A stretch of DNA of 44,498 nt, from IMG/VR virus record IMGVR_UViG_3300042305_000436, positions 1 through 44,498 of that record; one strand, given 5' to 3'. The position numbers were made by a program, and so were the translations under genes. Positions 8,801 to 16,767 of the stretch are shown piece by piece (position 1 is the stretch's first letter; each line of letters opens with the position of its first letter). The notes under the pieces were generated by a model, which was not told where the DNA came from, did not search any database, and saw only the letters and a program-made list of their open reading frames with translations. This stretch comes from a virus (Duplodnaviria; Caudoviricetes).

Positions 8801-11800
8801 CGAGGCTGCGCAAAGAGTTTGGCGGGCTTGGAGACCTTTTCGCCGACCTTCTTGGGGCGACGAGCCCCAACACTCCGGTGCGCGACAACTGGTTCAACGG
8901 GGTCGACGCGCTGCGTCGTGCGTTGCGGGGTGATTTCGACGAAATCATCGACAAGTGGGACGCACATTTCGAGCGTGTCGACGCGCTCGAAAACGACATG
9001 CGCGCATGGGTCAACGAGCGCCTGGATGAAGGACAGACCAAGAAGGCGGTCAAGTCCTCGCCCGAGTACGAAGCGAAACTGACGGAGCTGCGCGAGGCGC
9101 GCAGGTTCCCCGACGAGCTGATCCCGACCAAGGAGTCGGGCGCGAAGTATGGGTTCAACGGCCGCAACGTCGCGCGCGCGATGGTGGACCTCTGGCGCGT
9201 TGTGAAGAACGCCGACCCCGACATCGCACGCAGCGGTACTGCGCCGAAAGCACTCAATTTCTCGGGCAATCTGATCGGGTTCCGCGAGCGCGCCACCATC
9301 GACGTCTGGGCGGCGCGAATGCTCCAGAGGCTTGCGGGTGGCAAGCGCATCCCGAGCATGGCCGAGACGACAGTGTCGGGCGAGATGCGGCAGGACGGCT
9401 CGACCACGCTGCAGTTTGGTTTCGGTCAGGACGTTTTTGCGCGGGCGTCTGCGGCGATCCGCGGCGATGCCGAGATGCAGGCCGACGCCACGCTCGCGAA
9501 GATCAACGACGACGACCTGCAGGCGGTCGTGTGGTTCGTCGAGAAGGAGCTGTGGACAATCAACGATTGGACGAACGCAGCCGGCGAGGGCGGCTCGTTC
9601 GAATTGGAGGCGAACCTTACGGGAAGCTTCGATCAGAAGCGCATCAAAGAGCTGCGGTCGATCATCGACGCGGCGCCTCCGTCTGCCGACGTAAGAGCTG
9701 CGGCGGAAGACACGAGCGCCGCGCGTCAGGAAATTGAGGCGCACGAGCGCCGGTACGAGGCGGAAATCGCTGAGCTGAGGGGGCTGATCTCCGGGGAGAT
9801 CGCAGCCTACAAAGGCTCCAAGCGGCGCATCGCAGAGCTTCAACGGATCGTCCGGCCGCCCGCCAAAGCGGTGCAGGCGATCGCGGCGGTGGCGCGCGCG
9901 CAAGCGAGGCTTGAGGATTTCGGCGCGCGGAAAGTGGCGGCTAAGGCCGAGTTGGCTTTGATGGAGCGCGAGGTCGACCGATACGTCGGCGGCCTGTCGA
10001 TCCAAATGTCGCGCGATACGCAGGGAGTGGATTATGTGCCGACCGACGCCGACATGGCGCGGCTGGCCGAAGACATCCGCCGGGCAATATACGAAGCCGA
10101 CGACGGGGCCACGGTCCTGGGCTCGAAATCACTGTCCACCGAGGGGCGCTATGGCTCCGTCGAGCGAGCGTTGGACCTTGAGGTGGTGGCGCGCGAAGGG
10201 TACGACGCCAACGCGCTGTGGCTTGAGATGCTGCGCCAGGCGCAGGCCGCGCGCCAGGACGCGACCTTCTTGTCGCGCGTGCTGCGCGATGGAGAGGCCG
10301 TCGATCCTCTGCGTCATCGGCCTGGCGTTGAAATCTATTTCCGCAGCGCGGCGGCCCAGGCCGACCTGGAGAAGCTACTCGCGGATTTGGCGGGCCAGGG
10401 GGTCGAGTTCCTGACGGTTGTCGTCGACGCCCGGCGTCTTGCCGAGGCTCGTTCGGGCGCCATGCCGGCCGCAGTGGGCGTGCGGCTGCTCTATGTCCCG
10501 GAGTTCGAGCAGCGGTATGGGATAGACGACCTGGTCGGCCTCGACGATGCGGCGCTTGCGGAGCGGGTCAGCGCAAAGCAGCGCGAGCTGAGCGCCATCG
10601 CCGCTCGTGTCGCCGGGTCGATCGACGGAGTGGCATTTGCCGGTCAGTTCTGGTACGAGACCAAGGTTGCGTTTTCGAGCCAGTACCAGGAGAAGATCGA
10701 TGCCCTCGCAACTGGAGCTGCTCAAGCAGTCGGTGGCGCAACTGGAGCCGCAGTTTGGGTCGGAGAACCCATTCGTTCAGGGCTTGAAGGCGCAGATCGC
10801 CATGCTGGAGAAGCCGCGCGCGGACAATCCGATGGTCAGCTACTCGGCGGGGATGCGCAGCGCGCCGACGCCGCGGACGGCCAAGAAGGCGCAGGGCTAA
10901 GGCAGACAGACGGGCGGACGCTGCAGCAGTCTGCCGCGCCTCAGCTTCCTGCGACGATCGACGTCGACGGCGTTGCGCGCCCGACGACCAACAGCGAAGG
11001 CAGGCCGATCGCGCAGACCGAGGAAGGGGTGCGCGCGTTCTGGCGGTGGTTCGGGGATAGCAAGGTCGTCGACGCCGAGGGCCGACCGCTGGTCGTGTAT
11101 CACGGCAGCCCCGTGGCGGGCTTCATTGAGTTCGACCCGAGCAAGATCAACGCGAGCGACCCAGACGGCCCATACAACGGATTTTGGTTTTCGTCGAGCC
11201 AGAGCGACGCGGACGTCTCGGGTCGTTATCCGTGGGGGCGCCCCAACGCCGCCAACCCGGAAACGCGGGACTATTATTTGGCCTTGCAGAACCCGGCGAC
11301 GCGCAAGCAAGCGCGGTCTGTTGCGCGCGAGATCAGCAGTGACTGGGAAACCCAATACCCGGCAGCGCGGTCTTTGCAAGACGCCACGCGGCTAGCTCTG
11401 CGGGCGCGGGGTTTCGACGGCGTGGTGCATGAGCCGTTCGTAATCCCTGACCGCGAAACCTTTGAACGCGATGGTGTGGTGAGTCTAGGCAAGCGCGACG
11501 CCGAATTGGAGCGAGAGCCAGACGGCAGCGTGACATTGTTGGAGCGCGGAGAAGAGGTTACAGGGTACAGCACTTTCGACGAGGCTGTATTGTCCCTCCG
11601 GGATGGAGTTTTTGTTGCCTTCGACCCCACGCAGATCAAGTCCGCCACCGGCAACCGCGGCACGTTCGATCCGGCGAGCGCGAGCATATTGGAGCAGCGC
11701 GGCTCTGCCCGCGGCTCCATCCAGTTCAACGCCGGCGCGACGATCATCCGTCTCGGCGCCAACGCCGACCGGTCGACGTTTTTGCACGAAAGCGGGCACC

Positions 11801-14800
11801 TGTACCTCGAGCAGCTGCGCGCCGACGCGGCGCGGTTCGGCGCGAGCAACCAGCAGCTGGCCGACGACCTCAAGACGGTCAACGAGTGGTTCGCGTCCGA
11901 CGCGGCGGCGGTGCGGGCCGAGGCGATCGAGTACGCGCGCAAGGCTGGCGACGACGCCAGCGTGACGGCGCTGCAGGCGATGACCGACGCCCAGGTGGCG
12001 GCGTTCGCGCGCGCGGGCGCGGGCATGCCGCGCGATGCCTCGCCGGCCGGGCACCTGTCGCGCGCGCTGCACGAGCGCTGGGCGCGCGGCGTCGAGGACT
12101 ACTTCCGCACCGGCCAGGCGCCGTCGGTCGCGCTGCAGGACGCCTTCAACCGTTTCCGCGCGTGGCTGGTGTCGATCTACGCCGCCCTGCGGCGGCGGCT
12201 TGGGGCCGAGCAGCTCGAGGTCAGTTTTTCGCCCGAGGTGAAGGCGGTCATGGACCGCATGCTGGCGACCGACGAGGAGATCGCGCTGGTCGAGCAGCAG
12301 TATAACTTGCGCGCCATGTTCGCGACGCCCGAGGAGGCGAACATGTCTCCCGAGCGCTTCGCTGCCTACCAGAAGGCGGTGATGGCGGCGGGCGAGGCCG
12401 CGCGCACGGAGCAGCTGCGCCGGCACCTGCGCGAGGTCGAGCGCGAGCGCGCGTCCTGGTGGCGCGCCGAGCGGGCCAAGCTGCGCGAGGAGGTGGCTGC
12501 CGAGGTCCGGGCGCGGCCGGTGTTCCTCGCCATCCACGCCCTGGCGGCCGGCAAGATGCCGGACGGCCAGCCGATCCCCGGCGGGCTCGTGCAGCCGCGC
12601 ATGGATCGCGCGGCGGTCGTGGCGCTGCTCGAGAACGAGAAGTCGCTTTCGAGGCTGCCGAGGGTCAAGGGGCGGACGGTCTACGCGACCGCCAAGGGCG
12701 AGAGCGGCTCGCATCCCGACGTCGTCGCGTCCTTCTACGGGTTCGACGGCGGCCGCGAGATGCTGATCGAGATGATGAACACCGACGGCGTCGAGAAGAC
12801 CATCGACCGCGAGACGGACGCGCGCATGCGCGAGCGCCACGGCGACATGCAGGTCGACGGCACGGCGGTCGAGAAGGCGGTCGAGAGCGCGCACACGGAC
12901 AAGCGTGGCGACGTCCTGGTCGCCGAGATCAACGCGCTGCAGAACGGCGGCGGGCCGGCCGGCGGCGGCAGGGTGCGCACGGCGTTCCTGCGCCAGTGGG
13001 CGCGCGAGCGCATCGCCGGGCGCAAGATTTCGGAGCTCCAGCCGCAGCGCTTCCTGATGGCCGAGCGCAAGGCGGGCAGGGACGCCGACAGGGCGATGGC
13101 CGCCGGCGATCGCGCTGCGGCGCTCAAGGCGAAGTTCCAGCAAGCGCTGAACTTCCACATGGCGCGCGAGGCCTACAAGGCGCGCGTCGAGATCGACAAG
13201 GCAATCGAGTATCTGTCGGGCTTCCAGCGCGCGGGCGCCAAGTTCCCGGCGCTCGAGGCGGGGTATGTCGACCAGATCCGCACCATCCTCGAGGCCTACC
13301 AGTTCGGCCCGCCGCTGTCCGACCGGACGCGCGTCAAGCTCGAGATGCAGGCCGTGCTCGACTGGATCGAGCGCCAGCGACGCGACGCCGGCGCGGTGAT
13401 CGAGGTGCCGCAGCGCATCCTCGACGCCGACGAGCGGACCAACTACCGCACCCTGTCGCTGGATGAGTTCCGCACCCTGCGCGACACGATCAAGAACCTC
13501 GAGGCGCAGGGCCGGCTCGCGAAGACGGCGTTGATCGACGGCGAGGAGATGGCGATCTCCGACATGGCCGACCAGGTCGTCGCGCGGGTCGAGCAGACGC
13601 CGCAGCTGGCGCGCATGGCGCGCCGCGGCGTCGAGCAGAACCCCGGCGTCCTCGACCGCGCGCGCAGCAAGCTCGCCTCGTTCGACGCGGCGCTGCGCAA
13701 GGTCGAGCTCCTGATCGAGCAGGTCGACGGCCAGCGCATGGGGCCGCTGTGGCGGTTCCTGTTCAAGCCGTTCTCCGACGCCGAGACCGCGCGCAAGGAC
13801 ATGACCCTGCAGGTGACGAAGCGGGTGATGGACGCGCTCGACAACATGCCGACGCGCTCGCGGCTTGCGGAGAGGATCAACGTGCCGATGCTCGGGCGCA
13901 CCTTCGCGCGCTCGGACCTGATCATGATGGCCCTCAACGTCGGCAACGAGAGCAACCTCGCCAAGATGATCGAAGGGTCGGAGAAGGACATCACCGAGGG
14001 CGCGCGGCCGTTCACGCTCGAGGGCGTCGACAGCGCGCTGGCGAACCTGACCGCCGAGGAGTGGGTCTTCGTCCAGGAAGTCTGGGATGCCTTCGAGGCC
14101 ATGTGGCCCCAGGTGCAGGCGGTCTACCGGCGCGAGAACGGCGTGGCGCCAGAGCGCGTCGACGCGCGCGAGATCCAGACGCGCTACGGCCAGACGCTGC
14201 GCGGCGGCTACTTCCCGATGATGTACGATCCCGCGCGCTCGGTGCAGGCCCGCGACATCGAGGGCAAGTCGGCGCTCGAGGCGATGCAGTCGACCGTCGT
14301 GCGCGCGTCGGTCAACTCCAGCATGACCAAGGCGCGCACCGGGTTCTCCGCGCCGGTCCTGCTCGACATCACGGCGCTGCCCAACCATATCGAGCGCACC
14401 GCGCATTTCATCACGCACTACGAGCCCGTGCGCATCGCGCGCAAGCTGCTCGCGCGCCGCGACGTCGCGCGCGCGATCAACAACCGGGTCGGCCCAGAAT
14501 ACTACGACACGCTCAAGGCCTGGGTGCAGGAGCTCGCCGCGAACGGCCAGCCGGTCGCGCCGACGTCGATCGGCGGGCGGATCGTCGAGGCCATGCGGCG
14601 CAACGCGACCGTGGCGATCATGGGCCTGAGCTACACGACGATGGTCGCGCAGGTGTTCGGCCTGGCGAACTCGATCGACGCGCTGTCGCGCCAGCCCGGC
14701 GGCGGGTACTCGCCGCGCCGCGGCACGACCGCGATGCTGGGCGGGCTGGTGCGCTACCTGAGCGCGCCGGCGACCGTGCGCAGGCAGGTCTTCGCGGCGT

Positions 14801-15627
14801 CTGGCGAGATGCGGCACCGCCTTCAGAACACCGACCGCGACATCCGCCACGCGCTGCAGCAGCTGTCGGGCAAGAAGGGCGCGTGGTCGCAGATGCAGCG
14901 GTTCAGCATGCTGGGCATCGCTGGCATCCAGCTCTACATGGTCGACCTGCCGACCTGGCTGGCGGCCTATGACCAGGCGATCGCGCGCGGGGCGACGACG
15001 GACGAAGCGGTTGACGCTGCCGACAACCTCCTGCGCACGAGCCAGACCGCCGGCGGCATCAAGGATCTCGCGGCGATCCAGCGCGAGCGCGGGGTGATGA
15101 CCGCGCTCACGATGTTCTACAGCTACTTCAACCTGCTCTATAACCTGCAGCGCCAGGCGCTGGGCAATGTCGGCTCGGCGCGCGACGTCCCGCAGCTGGC
15201 CGCGCGCGCGTTCATCCTGATGGCGATCCCGATCCTCGTGGACGCGCTGGTGAAGCGGCAGGGACCGGACGAGGACAAGGACGAGACGGCGGCCGGCTGG
15301 TTCGCTCAGAAGGCCGCGGTCTACGCGCTGTCCTCGCTGCCGTTCCTGCGTGACCTCGCCGGCATGGCCGAGGGTTTTGGCTACAAGCCGACGCCGCTCG
15401 ACGGGTTCGGCAAGGCGCTGGGCGCGACGGTCAAGGGCATCGCGCAGGCGATCGACAACGGCGAGCTCGACGCCAAGGCGCTCAAGGCGATGGTGTCCGC
15501 GCTCGGGTTCGGCGCGGGCGTCCCGGCGACCCAGGTCAACCGCGTGATCTCGGCCGCCGACGCGATGTTCGAGGGTGAAGATGTGGGCGTCTACGACTTC
15601 CTGGCGGGACCGAAGAAGGACAAGTAG
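5845..15627 (+). CDS. Giant ejection protein D (gp16-like), polyvalent protein with ART-PolyVal-like and HExxH metallopeptidase-like domains
   Basis: 3260 aa. WFGDSKVVD..G.PLVVYHG...GFWFS...YL.L.NP...G.DG...VAF.P.QIKSATGN.GTFDP at about 11040-11680; STFLHESGH at about 11773-11799; position after the gp14/gp15-like genes. Confidence 0.8.
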   Translation: MADDVDYDKLASSLFPQPQGKPDGSGAGGGPGATDYDRVLNDMLTGQVGANLRAVQGTNADQAARAQALSRASGLPLPAVEGEEDRVEADLRRQSAEAALRDAPRVSTFFSEPNFAKVAHDDAENLGFLERTWSKISQTVTEEAEGAVRGFRRGMLTTDLRDVGRKLFWGKGTPEDEARVQELQKLQELDETDAFLGAAGEQLPIMGSIAGQALKRGLQTGMAFGGGVALLGQLGPQAALPEELVTVPAATMTGLAIGGRAGGLEAAWELETYLAFLEYRDLKTADGRPMDVDVARGAAMLAGTVNAGLEAYGFSSLVKRLPGVAELAKLGGRKQVAAAIGEAARSNPTLAATLATFGKRYVEGIAIESLTEMVQELSTASFAEVAKMWDGGAFKAAGLDEITERVIDAGVQAAKATAVLGMPGPAMQAVGERRRAAKAQRDAEAMREAGGIIDTSVLAQRDPERFGEVQGAILRDQGVDTIAIPAARLQELFQSEPGEGAPIDQATLMRNLGVTDEQMAEALAVGGDVHMTPEAFAQHVLADKATRAALVEHVRLGVDGMTEAEAKEWETTGLRDAIDDMASLLDSMDSGRRVEAARIEAEVESMMVAAGEARDTARYAAVLTAQRYSVRAERAGVSPLQLWQEDNLRVERLQDMGRRVDEVDIILDKARSPDTLNLSKTPILDMLARAGVDPNSPLGGELKAMGITAKTRPGLFKVGGRQAADNLPLAEMPWFTADDEDGTGNYVSEAAVLAAVRDELAGNPRRTADEQAQLDGRENDIRNLEADLERYNEMSGNALSVATSSAAEIRDALQELADLDARAAREALGAVGRVLEQGAAIERLQMVAGRGQRAMASRASISAEERAAIAASAQATGVPAKEILAAVRTHKLAHPVAQGWARLVYSRTVVNDGKVQHEYRNIPYGFSSDAEGSQLEPGSAPYNRRVAAIASAMAQEVRAVFRRAVAGDANARNILAQAGWYKAMRARLRKEFGGLGDLFADLLGATSPNTPVRDNWFNGVDALRRALRGDFDEIIDKWDAHFERVDALENDMRAWVNERLDEGQTKKAVKSSPEYEAKLTELREARRFPDELIPTKESGAKYGFNGRNVARAMVDLWRVVKNADPDIARSGTAPKALNFSGNLIGFRERATIDVWAARMLQRLAGGKRIPSMAETTVSGEMRQDGSTTLQFGFGQDVFARASAAIRGDAEMQADATLAKINDDDLQAVVWFVEKELWTINDWTNAAGEGGSFELEANLTGSFDQKRIKELRSIIDAAPPSADVRAAAEDTSAARQEIEAHERRYEAEIAELRGLISGEIAAYKGSKRRIAELQRIVRPPAKAVQAIAAVARAQARLEDFGARKVAAKAELALMEREVDRYVGGLSIQMSRDTQGVDYVPTDADMARLAEDIRRAIYEADDGATVLGSKSLSTEGRYGSVERALDLEVVAREGYDANALWLEMLRQAQAARQDATFLSRVLRDGEAVDPLRHRPGVEIYFRSAAAQADLEKLLADLAGQGVEFLTVVVDARRLAEARSGAMPAAVGVRLLYVPEFEQRYGIDDLVGLDDAALAERVSAKQRELSAIAARVAGSIDGVAFAGQFWYETKVAFSSQYQEKIDALATGAAQAVGGATGAAVWVGEPIRSGLEGADRHAGEAARGQSDGQLLGGDAQRADAADGQEGAGLRQTDGRTLQQSAAPQLPATIDVDGVARPTTNSEGRPIAQTEEGVRAFWRWFGDSKVVDAEGRPLVVYHGSPVAGFIEFDPSKINASDPDGPYNGFWFSSSQSDADVSGRYPWGRPNAANPETRDYYLALQNPATRKQARSVAREISSDWETQYPAARSLQDATRLALRARGFDGVVHEPFVIPDRETFERDGVVSLGKRDAELEREPDGSVTLLERGEEVTGYSTFDEAVLSLRDGVFVAFDPTQIKSATGNRGTFDPASASILEQRGSARGSIQFNAGATIIRLGANADRSTFLHESGHLYLEQLRADAARFGASNQQLADDLKTVNEWFASDAAAVRAEAIEYARKAGDDASVTALQAMTDAQVAAFARAGAGMPRDASPAGHLSRALHERWARGVEDYFRTGQAPSVALQDAFNRFRAWLVSIYAALRRRLGAEQLEVSFSPEVKAVMDRMLATDEEIALVEQQYNLRAMFATPEEANMSPERFAAYQKAVMAAGEAARTEQLRRHLREVERERASWWRAERAKLREEVAAEVRARPVFLAIHALAAGKMPDGQPIPGGLVQPRMDRAAVVALLENEKSLSRLPRVKGRTVYATAKGESGSHPDVVASFYGFDGGREMLIEMMNTDGVEKTIDRETDARMRERHGDMQVDGTAVEKAVESAHTDKRGDVLVAEINALQNGGGPAGGGRVRTAFLRQWARERIAGRKISELQPQRFLMAERKAGRDADRAMAAGDRAAALKAKFQQALNFHMAREAYKARVEIDKAIEYLSGFQRAGAKFPALEAGYVDQIRTILEAYQFGPPLSDRTRVKLEMQAVLDWIERQRRDAGAVIEVPQRILDADERTNYRTLSLDEFRTLRDTIKNLEAQGRLAKTALIDGEEMAISDMADQVVARVEQTPQLARMARRGVEQNPGVLDRARSKLASFDAALRKVELLIEQVDGQRMGPLWRFLFKPFSDAETARKDMTLQVTKRVMDALDNMPTRSRLAERINVPMLGRTFARSDLIMMALNVGNESNLAKMIEGSEKDITEGARPFTLEGVDSALANLTAEEWVFVQEVWDAFEAMWPQVQAVYRRENGVAPERVDAREIQTRYGQTLRGGYFPMMYDPARSVQARDIEGKSALEAMQSTVVRASVNSSMTKARTGFSAPVLLDITALPNHIERTAHFITHYEPVRIARKLLARRDVARAINNRVGPEYYDTLKAWVQELAANGQPVAPTSIGGRIVEAMRRNATVAIMGLSYTTMVAQVFGLANSIDALSRQPGGGYSPRRGTTAMLGGLVRYLSAPATVRRQVFAASGEMRHRLQNTDRDIRHALQQLSGKKGAWSQMQRFSMLGIAGIQLYMVDLPTWLAAYDQAIARGATTDEAVDAADNLLRTSQTAGGIKDLAAIQRERGVMTALTMFYSYFNLLYNLQRQALGNVGSARDVPQLAARAFILMAIPILVDALVKRQGPDEDKDETAAGWFAQKAAVYALSSLPFLRDLAGMAEGFGYKPTPLDGFGKALGATVKGIAQAIDNGELDAKALKAMVSALGFGAGVPATQVNRVISAADAMFEGEDVGVYDFLAGPKKDK
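10700..10900 (+). CDS. Nested out-of-frame gene (66 aa) inside the giant ejection protein
   Basis: AGGAG at 10688-10692 then ATG at 10700. Codons in this frame end mostly in G/C, while the host frame here has many A/T-ending codons and reads as a low-complexity linker. Confidence 0.65.
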   Translation: MPSQLELLKQSVAQLEPQFGSENPFVQGLKAQIAMLEKPRADNPMVSYSAGMRSAPTPRTAKKAQG

Positions 15628-15636
15628 GCCGCCTGG

Positions 15637-15677
15637 TTGCCCGCTCTGATGCCCGGCAATAGATTGACAAAACCGCA
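15637..15677 (+). promoter_or_regulatory. Putative sigma70 promoter for the fibre genes, overlapped by an operator-like site
   Basis: TTGCCC-N17-TAGATT (15637-15665), with TTGACAAAACCGCA (15664-15677) overlapping the -10/+1 region. Confidence 0.5.
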
Positions 15678-15689
15678 TCGAGGCTTCCC

Positions 15690-16766
15690 ATGACCGTTCT
15701 CTCGCAGGCTCGAAAGATCACCTACCAGGGCAACGGGGTGGCGAGCTCGTTCTCGTTCTCGTTCGTCGTCTATGCGTCGACCGACCTCGTGGTGACGAAG
15801 CTCGGCGTCGATGGCGTCGAGACGGTCCTGAGCGAGGGCGCCGGCACGGGCAACTATTCGGTGTCGGTGGCGAGCTATCCTGGCTCGGGATCGATCACGT
15901 TCCCGGCGAGCGGCGCGTCGAAGCTCGCAGTCGGCGAGGCGATCACGATCAAGCGGGTGCTGACGCTCGAGCAGGCGACGGACCTCGACAACCAGGGCGG
16001 CTACTTCCCGGACGTCCAGGAGACCGCGCTCGACAAGCTGGTGATCATCGACCTGCAGCAGCAGGAGGAGATCGACCGGTCGATCAAGTTCCCGGTGTCG
16101 GACAGCAGCTCGCTGTCGACCGAGTTCCCCGTGGCCGCGCAGCGCGCGAGCAAGTTCGCGGCGTTCAACGCCGCGGGCGAGCCGATCGCGGCGGCGGGCG
16201 TCACGGGTGTGCCGGTGTCCGCGTTCGCGGCGCAGCTGCTCGACGACGCCACGGCTGCCGTGGCGCGCGGGACGCTGGGCTCGAGCGCGACCGGCGACGC
16301 GCTGTTCACGGCAGCGTCTGCCGCCGCCGCCCGCACGACGCTGGGCTCGAGCGCGACGGGCGACGCTCTCTTCACGGCGGCGTCCGCCGCAGCCGCCCGC
16401 ACGACGCTCGACGCCGCGGCGCTGTCGCAGTCGCAGTCGTGGGGCGCCGGCCAGACGCCGCTGACCGCCACGCTGACGGACGCGGCCACGGTGAATTGGG
16501 ACATGGCGACGGCGCAAGTCGGCGCGGTCACCTGCGCGGCGGCGCGCACGTTCGCGGCGCCGACGAACCAAGTCGCGAACAGGTTCTATGCGCTGAGCAT
16601 CACCAACAGCGGCGGCGCCTGGGCGCATGCGTTCAACGCGGCGTTCATCTTCGACGCGAACGACGGGACGCCCGGCAGCTTCCCCGCGAGCGCGCGCCTG
16701 CATCTGGTCTTCCGGTCGGACGGCACGAACCTGCGTGAGTGGGGCCGCCGGCAGGTGGCGTCGTAA
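15690..16766 (+). CDS. Tail fibre / adaptor protein (T7 gp17 N-terminal-like domain)
   Basis: Y.GNG....F.F.F......DL.V and Q..DL.NQG......E.ALDKL....QQ motifs; internal 22-aa repeats. Confidence 0.8.
   Translation: MTVLSQARKITYQGNGVASSFSFSFVVYASTDLVVTKLGVDGVETVLSEGAGTGNYSVSVASYPGSGSITFPASGASKLAVGEAITIKRVLTLEQATDLDNQGGYFPDVQETALDKLVIIDLQQQEEIDRSIKFPVSDSSSLSTEFPVAAQRASKFAAFNAAGEPIAAAGVTGVPVSAFAAQLLDDATAAVARGTLGSSATGDALFTAASAAAARTTLGSSATGDALFTAASAAAARTTLDAAALSQSQSWGAGQTPLTATLTDAATVNWDMATAQVGAVTCAAARTFAAPTNQVANRFYALSITNSGGAWAHAFNAAFIFDANDGTPGSFPASARLHLVFRSDGTNLREWGRRQVAS
16271..16408 (+). repeat. 66-bp tandem repeat (2 copies plus a partial) encoding TLGSSATGDALFTAASAAAART
   Basis: gacgct(gggc) recurs at 16271, 16337 and 16403; the two full copies are identical in protein and differ only synonymously. 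Confidence 0.9.
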
Positions 16767-16767
16767 G

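Noticed and set aside
11531-11544. GTGACATTGTTGGA and other TGACA hits (1406, 22412, 26379, 35020, 37513, 42381) as operator copies
   Set aside because: They lack the RCA half-site at the required spacing.
5821-15678. Very long minus-strand ORFs (1394 aa and 1397 aa) and similar antisense ORFs elsewhere
   Set aside because: Shadow frames of high-GC3 genes: Arg/Ala-rich, no motifs, fully opposite well-supported genes.
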